Assembly (NCBI GenBank): GCA_963846105.1
Contig: CAWJUT010000001.1
Span: 32,292-96,291 of the forward strand
Direction of reading: 5' to 3'
Source of the DNA: an uncultured delta proteobacterium
GTDB taxonomy: Bacteria > Desulfobacterota > Binatia > UTPRO1
Length of the DNA: 64,000 bases
Below are positions 20,956 to 32,452 of the stretch, in pieces; position 1 is the first letter of the stretch, and each line of letters begins with the position of its first letter. Made by a program: the position numbers and the translations under genes. Below the pieces are notes generated by a model. That model searched no databases and was not told the origin of the DNA. It saw only the letters and a list, made by a program, of their open reading frames with translations.

Positions 20956-23900
20956 TCAGGGGGTGCACGTGATGCGGATCAGGTCCGTGTCCTTGGTGCC
21001 GTCGGTGCGGATGACTCGCGTCTTGAACGTCTTGCGGTTCGCTTCCCCGTTCTTGAGCGGGATCTGCACGTAGGTTCCCACGCAGCGATCCTGCGTCGTC
21101 ACCGGGGGGCCGAAGTCGAGGATGTTCAGATGGTCCCCGGTCGTCACCGAGGGGCCGAGCGCGCTCACCGCCGCCAGGATCGGCCGCGCCGTTCACCTGG
21201 TCCTCGGCCTTGTTCGCGTCGGGACGCGGCTTCTTCATCTGGAAGACGTCGATCTCGGGGCTCGTGGCACTGGTTGCCGTTGGAGTCGATGATGCGCGGG
21301 TCGTTGTTGTTGAAGCAGAGCACGAGGTGCACGACGCAGGTGCCGTCGGCGGCGCCGTCGACGTCGGAGCCACTGCCGTCCACCAGGCTGACCTTCGCCT
21401 TCTGGATGGCGACGGAGTCGACCGGCGTATCGACGAAGAACTCCGACATGCAATCCGTCTTCGGGCTGCCCTTGCCGGGCATGCAGCGCCCGAGTCCGGA
21501 CTCCGTACATCCGGGCAGTCTCGGGAAGGTGTCGCGCGATTCCGCGTCCGCCACCACATCCGCGGTGGCGAGCAGCGTGTCGTGGTAGCCGTTGCCGAGC
21601 CACAGATTCACCTGGTCGCCGTAGTGCGGCTGGCCGACCACGCCATCGGTGCCGCCGGGGATCACGTTCTTCGCCATGCACCGGGCCGCCCGGCCCCATC
21701 TCGACGACGCTCCGGCGGTTGGCGCCGCTGCCGAACGAGAGTCCGTTCTCGGTCGTCGGTCGGAATCCGTGGTTGGCGACGTCGACCGTGCAGCGACCGC
21801 CGTCGGCGGGCTCGCCGGGTGGGAAGCCGACCGCGGGCTGCGGCGGGATGCTGAAGGCTCCGCCGCCGGGGATCTGCGTGTTGTTGAGCTCGCCGTTCAG
21901 GAAGCTCTGGAAGATCACGTAGTGCACCTTGCCCCAGAGGTAGTCGTCGACGTCGAGTGAGTTGGCGTAGGCGTTGACGAAGCCCGCGCCGGCGAGGAGG
22001 TCGAGGGCATCCTGCAGGCTCTTCACCAGGATGACGTCGCGTTCTTGCGCCGCCGTGAGCGTCACGCTCGTGTCGTCGAAGAAGTTGAGGCCCGAGGCGC
22101 CGACGCCGGTGAAGGTGACGGCGTCGAGAAGACGAAGCAGCCCGCGCAGGCCTTCGTTGCTGCCCTGGCGATAGCCGATGCCGTTCGCCGCCAAGGTCGC
22201 GTCGAAGGTGCGCTCCATGAGCTGCCCGACGGCGACGTTGTAGATCGTGGTGGCGGCGCTATCGATCGAGCTCCTGCGCCGTCGGCACACCGGGATCGCC
22301 GGCGGTGTCGAAACCGGCGGGCGTGTTGTAGGTCCAGGCCGCGAGCCGGTCGCGCGCGTCGTCGATCCGGGAGTTGAAAAGCGCCGCGAGCTCGGGCGGT
22401 GCGCCGCCGGCTTCGGCGTTGGCGACCGCGGTCACGAAGTAGCCGGCAAGGCGACGAGCCGTCGAGCTGGTTCACGTCCGCTTGCATGCGCTGCATATCG
22501 GCGAACGAGATCGTGCCGTCGCCGGCCGGAGTGCCGGGCGGCGTCGCGATCAAGTTCAGCTCGCTCTTGATGAGCTCGGTGATGCGCGCGGCGCGGAACT
22601 CGTCATAGCCGACGCTCAGGTAGGGTCCGGTTCCCGCCAGCGCCTCGTCGAGCGGGTCGTTGTCCGCCGTGTTGCCGATCGGATCGTTGTTGGCGTTCAC
22701 GAACCAACCCGCCGGCGGATTCTCGACCTGCGGGACGTCCGCCGTGGCGACGATCTCGTACGGCACCGATTGGTCGGCCGGTTGCGGCCCGCCGAGCGCC
22801 TTCCACTCGTTGCCGCCGGTCCCGTCGCGGATGACGAAGGGAGGATTGCCGGAGACGGCGCCGGCGTCGATGTCCTCGCGGATCGGGAACTCGCCGCTCG
22901 CGAAGTAGGCGATGTTGCCGGCGATGTCGCCGTACGCCCAGTTCTGCGATCCGAAATCGAAGAGCTGCAGGCCGGTCTTGAACTGGTTCAGGTCCGTCGC
23001 CTGGTTCCAGACGAAGAACGTCTCGAGCTCGCGCGTCGGGTAGAGTCCCGTGAACTGGATCGCCAACGCCGAGCCGCCGCTGTGATTGTTCGGGAACGGA
23101 AACGGCTCCAGCGTCTGCGGGAAGATCGGCCCATGGCGGCCGACCACCAGCACCTTCGCCGGCACGAAGTTCGCGAGCAATCCGTGATGTCGACCACGCC
23201 GTTGATCGCGAAGATGGGAACGCCCGCCGCGACCGCGAGCACGGCGCGCTCGAAGCCGACGCAGGTTGCCGTTGTCGCAGTTGACCTTCACCTGCAGCGG
23301 CAACTCGGTGATCGGCTCGGGGTTGCCGAGGTAGTGGCTGGACAGATTCCCGAAGGCGTCGCTCGAGACGTCCTCGAGGTACCAATCGGTGACGTCGGCC
23401 GGATTCGTCGTCGAGCCCCACGCGATGCTCTCGTTGTGCCCCTGCACCACGCCCGGGCGCGCCGGCGAACCCGATGCCGGTCACGTTGAGGTTGCCGCCG
23501 CGGTCCTTGGTGTTGATGTGCAGCTCGTAGAAGGTCGACGGACTGGTCAAGCCGAGATGCGGGTCGTTGGCGACGATCGGATTGCCGGTCGACGAGACCG
23601 TCCCGTCGATGGCCCACTCGTTGGAGCCGACCACGCCGCGCTCGCGAATCGCCGCGCATCGCCGGCTGCTCCATCAGCTTCGCGATGTATTCGCGCGCCT
23701 TGGCTACCGTCGCGCGGCGGGCGGCGTTGCGCGCGTCGCGCTTGTCGGCACGCGCCAGCGTCGTGCGCGCCTTCCGCTTGTCGGCCCGGGCGAGCAGCGA
23801 CTGTGCGCGCCTTCTTGCTCGCCTTCGCCATCATGACCGTCTTCGGCGGCGCCACCGCCGAGAGCGGAATCGGCGCGTTGTTGGCGTCCGGCACCGTGAA

Positions 23901-24631
23901 GGCGTTGAAGGCCGGCTGGCTGCGCGCCAGGTCCTGCGCGAACGCGGTCTCGCCGGTCGCGCAGGCCGAGGGCGTCGGTCACGTCGGCGAGACTCGGCGG
24001 TCAGACCGTCGTCGAAATCGAACGAGAGCTGGAAGGCCTGGAGCTTCCCGAACACCACCGAGTCGACGGGTACCCAGGGCGCGATCTGCGTGAGCGCGAG
24101 GGTTGCGTACTCGGGAGGGAGATCGCCGGTCGCGTTCACGCGCGTGATGTACTCGTTGACGCCATCGGCATACGACTGCAGCGCGCTCTGCACCGAGGGT
24201 GAGAGCGCGTTGAAGGAATCGACGGCGGCGCGGCGCAGGCCGAGCGTCTGGAAGAAGAGGTCCTGGGTCACGTTGCTGATGTTGCCCGGGAACGGCGGTA
24301 CGGTCGGATCGGGTCCGGCGCCGATCTGGAAATCAGGAAATCCGAGCAGCTCGGAGACCGTACCGCTCGGAATGCGTCGAAAGACGTCCATCTGGAACAT
24401 CCGATCGGTGGCGTGGACGTATCCGATGACGAAGGCCGCGTCGTTCAGGGTCGACGCGTACACGTGCGGGATGCCGAGCGAGTCGCGCACCACGTCGACG
24501 GGCGCCGAGAGCTGAGGAAACGTGATCGTCTGCGTGATCGGGAGGTCGGTGACCTCGACCGCCGGCGCAACCGCCGGCGCCGACAGCGACAGGAACACGA
24601 TGAGAGACATCGAGGGGGCGAGACGGCGCAT
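20956..24631 (-). CDS. Penicillin acylase (peptidase S45, Ntn hydrolase) with Cys-rich C-terminal appendage; several frameshifts
   Basis: VRDSLGIPHVYA, HATDRMFQMD, beta-chain start GSNEW, ANDPHL, IAWGSTTN..DVTD, SQNWAYGD..GNIAY, NANN. Confidence 0.88.
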
Positions 24632-24771
24632 GAGTCCTCCTTGCGGGGTTACGGCACCCGTGGCTCAGAATCGGCGCGCATTAGAGAGCGACTGCGTGCG
24701 GCAGTCAAGGGAAATCGCCACTACCTTGCAAACCCGCGCGCCCTGACCGATGATCGCGCCGGTCGTTGCCG

Positions 24772-26590
24772 ATGTACGAAGCGTTCTACCGATTGGGAGG
24801 GCCGCCCTTCCGTCTGACCCCCGACCCCGCCTACGTCTACCTCAGCGCCCAGCACCGCGAGGCGCTCGGCCATTTGCTGTTCGGCATCCGCGACGGGAGC
24901 GGGTTCGTGGCCGTGACCGGGGAGATCGGCACCGGCAAGACGACCCTGCTGCGCACGTTGCTCCGCGACCTCGAGCCCAACACCGTGGTCGCCTACATCT
25001 TCAATCCCGCGCTCTCCGATCTCGAGCTCCTGCAGTCGATCAACTCCGAATTCGGCCTGCCCGCCGCGTCGTCCAGCAAAAAGGAGCTGACCGACGAGCT
25101 CAACCGGTTTCTCGTGGCGCAGAAGCTCGCCGGCACGCGCGTCGTCATCATCGTCGATGAGGCGCAGAATCTGGCGCCGCGCACGCTCGAGCAGCTCCGC
25201 CTGCTCTCCAATCTCGAGACCGAAACCGAGAAGCTTCTCCAGATCGTCCTGGTCGGCCAGCCCGAGCTGCGCACCATGCTCGGCCGGCCCGAGCTCGAAC
25301 AGTTGAACCAGCGCATCACCGTGCGCTGGCACCTGACCCCCCTCGACCGTGCGGCGACCGCCGAGTACGTCCGCCATCGCCTGCGCGTCGCCGGCGGCGC
25401 GCCGGCGGCGAATCTCTTCAGCGCCCGGGCGCTCGCGCTTCTCTATCGCCACTCCCGTGGCGTGCCGCGCCTCATCAACATCGCCGCGCACCGCGCGCTT
25501 CTGGTCGGCTTCACGCGCGAGCGGCCGACCATCAACGCGCGCACCGTACGGCAGGCCATTCGTGAGCTGGCGCGCGACGACGCCGCGGCGGCGCCGCGAC
25601 GTGGCGTGCTGCGTCCCGCGCTCGGAGCCGGAGTGACGGCCGTGGGGATCGCGGTCGCCGCCGCACTGGCGCTGCGCCCGCCGTGGCCCGCATCACCCCC
25701 TGCCGACTCCACCCTCGCGGCGGCACCGTCTCTCGGCACCGTTTCGCCGGCAGCTCCGGCGGGTCGATCGGCGGATGGAGGGGCTATCGCCCACGACGAC
25801 GACGTCCAGGCCGCGCCCGCCTCCGCAAGCCCGGCGCGGGCGAGCAACGTCGCCGCCTCGGCGGTCCCCGTGGCCGAGCAGGCGCCACCGCCCGTTGACC
25901 CCGCCAGCGATCCTCGGCCGGCCTCAGCCCCCTCGCCGTCGGCGGCAACGATCGCGTTCTGGGCGGCGCTCGCGGCCGGCGATCACCGCGGTGCCGCCGT
26001 GACGGCGACGAGCGATCTGCTCGCCGCGTGGGGAACGGAGAGCCTCCAGCCCGACGAGATCGCCCGCCCGAGTCTCGACCTCGAGGCCATCGCGGCACGC
26101 CGCGGGCTCCGCTATCTCCCGATCAGCGGTACGCTCGAACGGCTCCGGCTGCTCGACTTGCCGGTGATCCTCGAGCTTTCGGTTCCACCGTCCCACCAGC
26201 GCCGATTCGCCGTGCTCGCGGAGTTGGATGGCAGACGCGATCCGACTGCGCTTCGGTGGTGTGGAAACCACGCTCGACGACAAACAGATCGCCGACGTCT
26301 GGCTCGGCGAAGGGCATCTCTTCTGGCGTGACTTCGAGAGTCTGTCTCCCTATCTCGCACCCGGCAGCGTCGGGAGCGAGGTCACGCGTCTCCAACAGAT
26401 GCTCGCGCGCGTCGGCGAGTACCACGGCGCGCTCTCGCAAAGCTACGATCAAGCGACTGCGGAGGCCATCGCACGCTTTCAACGCTCGCGCCGTCTGGTC
26501 GCCGATGGTATCGTCGGACCGCTGACGAAGATCGCTTTGTACGGTGCGCTCGCGGACTACGACCGGCCGCGCCTTGATGGGGACACATGA
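24772..26590 (+). CDS. gspA: GspA/ExeA-like AAA ATPase with peptidoglycan-binding C-terminus (frameshift ~26250)
   Basis: PFRLTPDP, GEIGTGKT, IVDEAQ, LVGQPEL, GVPRLIN; C-terminal FQRSRRLVADGIVGPLT. Confidence 0.88.
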
Positions 26591-27520
26591 GTACGATTCT
26601 GGATGCCCTGAAGAAGGTCGAGCACCAGCGCGAGTCGCCGCGCGAGCAGGTGCTCCATGCTCCGGCGGGGGCGCCGGAGCGGCGCCGCTCGTCCATCCCG
26701 CTCATTGCCGCGTGCGCCGTGGTCGGTCTCACGAGCGGCATCGGACTGGCGCTCTGGCGGAACGACCGTGCCGCCGAAGTTGCCGCGCTCCCCGAGCTCG
26801 CGCCGCCGGCGGCGATCGACGTGCCGCCCGCGCCCGCTCCACCCGAGCAAGTCGCGCTCGCGAAACCCGAAGGTGCACCCGGCGACGCGAGCGAAAAATC
26901 CGACGCGATCGACCCACAGGCGCAACACGCGCAGCCGCCGCTCGCTGCCGCGCCGCCACCCGTCGCGGCGCTCCCGCCCTCCGAGTCGGCGCCCGCCGCC
27001 CCGCCCGTCGCGGCAGCCCCGCCGGCGTCCGGGTCGGTCCTCGAGCCCTCGCCGTTCACGCCTCCGCGGGCCGAGGAAGATACGCGTGTGGCGAACGTCC
27101 CTCCGGCTTCGACCAAGCCGGACGCTCCGGCCGTCGCCGCCGTACGACCTGTCCCCGCACCTCCGGTTGCGCCGGCGCAGCCGCCGAGCGAGGCCGCACC
27201 TCCAGAGACAGTGGCAGCCGTGCCGCCGCCGGAGCCCGAAGCGGCGATCCCACCCGTCGAGGCCGAGCCGCCACCCGCGCCGCCGACCGTCCTCGACACC
27301 GGACGCTCGCCGCCCGGCGCTCCCCAGGTTCGCGCTCAGCTTCCTGCAATGGTCCGAGGACCCTGCGCGCCGCTTTGCCTTCGTCAGTATCGACGGCGGT
27401 CCGAGTCAGCGCGTTCGCGAAGGGGACATGGCGGGCGGTTGTCTGGTCGCGGAGATCACACCCGCCGGGGTGCAGTTCAAGCGCGACGACAAGATCTTCA
27501 CGATCCGTCCGCGCCACTGA
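26587..27520 (+). CDS. gspB: GspB/ExeB-like protein: TM, Pro/Ala linker, C-terminal domain (frameshift ~27320)
   Basis: MSTILDALKK start; C-terminus LQWSEDPARRFAFVSIDG..VREGD; ATGA overlap with gspA. Confidence 0.82.
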
Positions 27521-27553
27521 CCGACGCCCGCAGGCGCCGGCACGCCGCGCCGT

Positions 27554-27979
27554 CTATTCCGAACCCACCTCGATGTCGACGTAGTCGGAATCGGAGTCAC
27601 CGCTGCCGTCCGACACCTCGACGGAAGCTCGGTAGGAGCCTGCCTTGGCGTACGCGTGGGTTGGATTCTCCTCGGCGCTCGGCGGCGTTTCGTCGCCGAA
27701 GTCCCACTTGACCTTGCGCTCGCCGGTCCCGCCCGAGATGTCCGCCTTCAGCTGCACGGTGAGCGGTGGGGGACCTTCGTCGGGCTCAGCCTCCGCCCAC
27801 ACCATCAAGATCTCCTCGCCATCCTCCGCGGCGGCTGCCGGTGAACCCTGCGCGGCAACCGTGGGGACGGCGACCGCCGGCGAAGCTGCCGTGACGGGCT
27901 TCTCTTCGCTGCGTGTACAGCCGCTCGCGATGCCCGTCGTCACGAGAGCCGCCACGGCCATCCAGATCGGAAATCGCAT
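27554..27979 (-). CDS. PKD-domain lipoprotein
   Basis: Lipobox ASGC; WDFGD..SAEENPTHAY..AGSYRASV. Confidence 0.88.
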   Translation of the reverse strand: MRFPIWMAVAALVTTGIASGCTRSEEKPVTAASPAVAVPTVAAQGSPAAAAEDGEEILMVWAEAEPDEGPPPLTVQLKADISGGTGERKVKWDFGDETPPSAEENPTHAYAKAGSYRASVEVSDGSGDSDSDYVDIEVGSE

Positions 27980-28130
27980 GCTTCCTCCTCGACTCGCTTG
28001 GGATGGATACAGGCACGCCTGCGTCACAGCGGCCGGGGATTCTCGCCAAAGGGGGGGAGGGAGTCAAGCCAACTTGCGCGCGAGCACAGAAGAAAGCGAA
28101 GTACGAACTGCGGGTTACAACCGGCCTTCG

Positions 28131-28886
28131 CTAGGCGACGCTGGTCGCCAGGGCGGCCTGCCCGTGCGATGCACCGAGAGCCGTCAACACGGCGCGCACC
28201 GCGGCACGCATGAAGATGACCCCACCGTGGCTCGCCAGGTGCTCGTCCGCTCGCGGAACCTGCTTGAGCACCACGTTGGCCGCACCACTCACCGCGCAGG
28301 ACTGCGGCGGCGCGATCAGATCGTGCGGCGAGGCGATCGTGGTGATGCGGGTCGCGTAACGGGCGACGCGCTTGCGCAGGCCGTGAGCGTCACGCCGGCG
28401 GACCTGCAGGATCTGCTCGGCGACACGCTGCAGCGGCGCCCACGGGGTACCACCCGCGATCGGCGTCGCCACCGCGATGACCTGCTTGATGGCGTCCGGT
28501 CTCTCGAGCAGGAGCGCCATGGCGTGCATGCCGCCGAGCGAATGGCCGACGATCCGGAGTGGGCTGCCGGTCGCTTGCACGATCGCGTCGACGCGCTCGC
28601 GCAGGCCCGCCATGTGACGCAGGAACGGCTTGACGTTGACGACGTCGTCGAAGTGCACACCGTACCCGCGGCGCGCCAGAATGCGGCCGAGCGGAGCGTA
28701 GTACGTTGGATGGCTGAAGAGACCGCCCAGCACGAGCACGGGCTCGGCATCGCTCGACTCGTTGTCCGGCGTCGGCGCGTCGCCTTCCTCGGCGCCGTGA
28801 AGCGCCGAGAGACAGATCCACGGGAAGCGGCTTGCCTCGCGACAGATGACTCGCAGCGTGTGGGCAAATGGCTTCGCGGGCGACAT
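28131..28886 (-). CDS. Alpha/beta-fold lipase/esterase
   Basis: GHSLGG elbow, oxyanion segment VLVLGG, D and H (SHGG) downstream. Confidence 0.85.
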   Translation of the reverse strand: MSPAKPFAHTLRVICREASRFPWICLSALHGAEEGDAPTPDNESSDAEPVLVLGGLFSHPTYYAPLGRILARRGYGVHFDDVVNVKPFLRHMAGLRERVDAIVQATGSPLRIVGHSLGGMHAMALLLERPDAIKQVIAVATPIAGGTPWAPLQRVAEQILQVRRRDAHGLRKRVARYATRITTIASPHDLIAPPQSCAVSGAANVVLKQVPRADEHLASHGGVIFMRAAVRAVLTALGASHGQAALATSVA

Positions 28887-28914
28887 GCTCGGATCCTCTA
28901 GGGAGAGACCCGAG

Positions 28915-28930
28915 TGCAACGGCCATGCCG
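28915..28930 (-). promoter_or_regulatory. Putative sigma54 (-24/-12) promoter of the lipase gene
   Basis: Minus strand CGGCATGGCCGTTGCA = GG-N10-GC with TTGCA, 28 bp upstream of the ATG. Confidence 0.45.
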
Positions 28931-29149
28931 CCCTCACACCGCTCGCGCTACCGTCCGCGGCCCGCCAGATGGCCTTCGAGGTTCGAGGGCCGCGCGGCCG
29001 CCCAGGCCCTGTGCCAGGAGCGTCACAGCGCGCTCCCTATATGGCACACGCGGGCGTCGCCGTGCTCGACCCGGGGTCCCCGCCGCAACGCGTGTCGGTC
29101 GTCCGCGACGACCGGGCGCGGCGGCTCTTTCAGGCGACCTGGAGCCCGC

Positions 29150-30149
29150 TCAGCCGAGGAAGTTCCACTTCGCCATCGTCCACACGTCGCGCGGACTCTC
29201 GCCGAGCTTGCGGACGACGGAAGCCTCGAAGCCGCTGTGCATGAGGCAGTTCTGGCAGCGGTGATCCTGCCGGCTTTCCCAGTAGTCCCAGTCGACCCCG
29301 CCCCAGAAATCGTCCCAGCTCTGGAAGTACTTCTCGCCGATCAGGTAGCAGGGCCCCTTCCAGCCGAGCGGGGTGCGGGTGACGTTGCCCCAGGGGGTGC
29401 AGGGATAGTCCCGCTTTCCCGCCGCGAACTCGAGGAACAGCGGCGTCGAGTAGAAGCGATAGCGCTTGGCGAGCTCGACCACACGCTGGAACTTCTCGTT
29501 GATCTCGTGCCCGGTAGAGGAAGTGCTTCTCGGGTAGCACCTCGTAGTGATAGCCCGGCGAGAGCAGCATGCCGTCCACGCCCATCGAGTCGAGCACTTC
29601 CAGCATCTCCTCGATCTCGGCGACATCGGTCTCACGGAACACCGTCGTGTTGGTGCAGACCTGGTAGCCGAGCGACTTGCCGAGCTTGATCATCTCGATC
29701 GCTTTTTCCCACACGCCCGGCCGATCGACGATGAAGTCGTGGGTCCTCGCCATGCCGTCGAGATGCACGTTGATCGAGAGCCGGCGGTGCGGCTCGGCCT
29801 TCTTGTAGAAACGATCGAGCAGGATGCCGTTGGTGCAGAGGTAGATGTGGCGCTTGCGCTCGATGATGCCGGCGATGAGCTCGTTGATCTCCGGATAGAT
29901 GGTGGGCTCGCCGCCGCAGATGGACACCACCGGCGCGCCCGACTCGTCCACCGCCTCGAAGCACTCGTCGAGCGAGAGGCGGTCCTTCAGGTCGCCGTTG
30001 TAACGCTCCGGCGAGCAGCCGAGACACGCGAGATTGCAGGTGTGGAGCGGCTCGAGCATCAACACCAACGGGTAGCGCTTGTGGCCCTTCAGCCAGTTCT
30101 TGGCCTGCCACTTCAACATGTCGCTCGTGATGTGCGCGGGAAATCTCAC
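29150..30149 (-). CDS. hpnH: Adenosyl-hopene transferase, radical SAM (frameshift ~29520)
   Basis: YPLVLMLEPLHTCNLACLGC, GGEP, LCTNG, CTPWGNVTR, GWKGPCYL, CQNCLMHSGFE. Confidence 0.92.
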
Positions 30150-30307
30150 CGATCCACCCCTCTACCGTTCGGTCAGGCGGCGACTATATGGTTCGTCGAC
30201 GCCGGCGGCAAGACACCGGCTCGGCGCAGTGGTGACTCAGGTGGAATCACCGTCCTCGCCGCGCCAGTCACGCGGGTCGATGGCGTCGCTCCCGACGCGG
30301 CGCTCGT

Positions 30308-31045
30308 TCAGACACCGCCCGGCAACGCCGCCAGCGCCGACCGCGCCGCCTTCGTCAGCACCGGAGCCGCCACGCCGAGATGACGCCGCAGCTCGGCGAC
30401 GAGCGACCATGCCGCCGGTCGCGTCACCAGGCGCACGCGTGACGCCCAGCTCGTGCTGACCCCCGGCGGCAGTGCTTCGAGGGACAGCTCGGCTGAATCG
30501 AGAATCACACGCAGGGCCACGAAGGGAATCGCACGCGCCTCCGCGAACGCAGCGAGCGGTGCGGCTTCCATCTCGACGGCCGTCGCGCCGAGCCGCTCGG
30601 CTTCGGCACGTTTCGCCGCCGAGCTGGCGATGACCACTGGCGACGACAGGAGGTCACCGCCGACGATGCGCAACCTGGCATCGGACCCGAGCGCTGCCGA
30701 CGCGGCGTGCAGCACCCCCGACGCTACCCGGTAGCGCCGCAGCTCGCCATCCTCCTCCCACAGAATCTCGCCCGGCAGCACGACGTCACCCGCCGCGAGC
30801 CCGGGCGCCAGGGCCCCCGCAAACCCGAGCGACACCAACACATCGCAGCGCGGCAGATCGGCGGTGGCGCGGCGGGCGGCGATCGGCCCCACGCCTCCCT
30901 GGACGACCGTCACCCGGTGTGCACCGGCCTCGCCCTCCCAGGTCGGAAGGCGACGAGCCGGCCGCGCTCGCCGGACCCGCGTCAGCGCCGCCAGGACAGC
31001 ACGCGTCTCGAAGCGCAACGCGGTGACGGCAACGATCGTTCCCAC
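30308..31045 (-). CDS. hpnG: Hopanoid-associated nucleoside phosphorylase
   Basis: PNP fold: SLGFAGAL, AVEMEAA, LRVILD; adjacent to hpnH. Confidence 0.78.
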   Translation of the reverse strand: MGTIVAVTALRFETRAVLAALTRVRRARPARRLPTWEGEAGAHRVTVVQGGVGPIAARRATADLPRCDVLVSLGFAGALAPGLAAGDVVLPGEILWEEDGELRRYRVASGVLHAASAALGSDARLRIVGGDLLSSPVVIASSAAKRAEAERLGATAVEMEAAPLAAFAEARAIPFVALRVILDSAELSLEALPPGVSTSWASRVRLVTRPAAWSLVAELRRHLGVAAPVLTKAARSALAALPGGV

Positions 31046-31051
31046 GTCGCT

Positions 31052-31956
31052 CTACACCGCGACGCGCACGGGACGCGCCGTCGCGTCACGCAACGTCGCT
31101 AGCGGGGAGCTGGGATAGTCGCGCAGGTGGGCGGACAGGTCGAGCGGCGTCGCATGCCGTTGCCGGTTCAGCGGATGGGCCACGAACAGCGCCACGACCG
31201 GAAGATAGAGAAGGATGCCGATCGTCCCGAGCAACGGCTCCCCGATCGCGAACGTAAGGATCAAGTTGAAGAGCAGAATGCCGAGGTAGAGTCCCGGCTC
31301 GATCCAGCCGCCGTAGCGCACATGGCGGCTGCCGCGCGCGTGCTGCGCACGCCAGCGCGCGGCCCTCGATCTCCTGGTAGAGCCGAATCGTGGTTGCGCC
31401 CACCAGGAACCAGCCGGCGAAGTTGGTGAGGGGGACACCGAAGTAGAGACCTCCCTCCGGATAGTAGTAGATCTTGCCGAGAAACCAACGCTCGCCGAGC
31501 AGTGTCAGCGGATCGATGACGACATCGAGGAGCATCATGAGCAGCGCGCCGGTGAGACAGACGCGCCACGAGCTCGCGATGGCGCGCGTCTCGGCCACTT
31601 GAAAATCACCCGGCACGACCACCAGGGGTGCGTAGACGAACACGCCGAGGCGCCATCCCAGGTAGCACAGGAAGGTGAACGACAGCGAATCCCAGAACGG
31701 CACGTTGCTGATCCAGAGCTCCCGATCGCGGGTGGTGTCGATGTAGTGATAGAGCCCGAACGGAAAGCCATTGCGGGTCGAGGAGAACTCGGCGGCGAAC
31801 GCCACCGTGTAGGCGATGACGCGTGAAGAACGCCGTCCGCCGCCACCCCATGCGCGCCACCGCCGCCACCAGGTACACCGCGAAGAACACGAACACGTAC
31901 GGGCGATGGACCAGCATGCCGGCGATGCGGCCGGCGAGGTCGACGACCGCCGTCAT
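31052..31956 (-). CDS. CruF/DUF422-like membrane protein, carotenoid-hydratase family (frameshifts)
   Basis: AEFSSTRNGFPFGLYHY, VPFWDSLSF, DVVIDPL, YFGVPLTNFAGW. Confidence 0.75.
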
Positions 31957-32360
31957 CCGCCTGGCACGAGCGTGACCGCCACCCTGCGCTCGGCGCGCGG
32001 GCCGTCGAGCTCGACCAGCATGATGCCCTGCCAGGTGCCGAGCACGAGCTCCCCGTCGCGAATCGGAATGGTCTCCGCGGGACCGAGGATCGCCGCCTTG
32101 ATGTGCGCCTGCGCATTGTCGTCCACCCGATCGTGCAGCCAGTTCGCGTGATCGGGAATGGCACGGTCGAGCGCCGTCAGAAGGTCGACGCCGATGTTCG
32201 GATCATCGTTCTCGTTCACGATGATGGCGGCGGTCGCGTGCAGCACCATGACGTGACAGAGTCCGGAGGCCAGTGGCGCCCGGCGGACGATCTGGCGCAC
32301 CTGTTCCGTGATCTCGATGCACTGCTTGCGCTGGTCGCTGCTGATCGTGAAGATCGTCAT
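31953..32360 (-). CDS. yjbQ: YjbQ family protein (UPF0047)
   Basis: HATAAIIVNEN.DP, HD..DDNAQAHIKA, LGTWQGIMLVELDGPR. Confidence 0.92.
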   Translation of the reverse strand: MTIFTISSDQRKQCIEITEQVRQIVRRAPLASGLCHVMVLHATAAIIVNENDDPNIGVDLLTALDRAIPDHANWLHDRVDDNAQAHIKAAILGPAETIPIRDGELVLGTWQGIMLVELDGPRAERRVAVTLVPGG

Positions 32361-32452
32361 GCCTGGCTCGCGGGGCCGTTCACACGCGCCGCTGCCCTCG
32401 GGTGCCTGATTAGCGCGCGCCGCCCCTCGGCGGCAAGCATGGAGGAACGACG

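Noticed and set aside
26640-27320. Pro/Ala-rich repeats in gspB (and 25680-25950 in gspA) as a novel repeat element
   Set aside because: Ordinary low-complexity periplasmic linkers with no exact periodicity.
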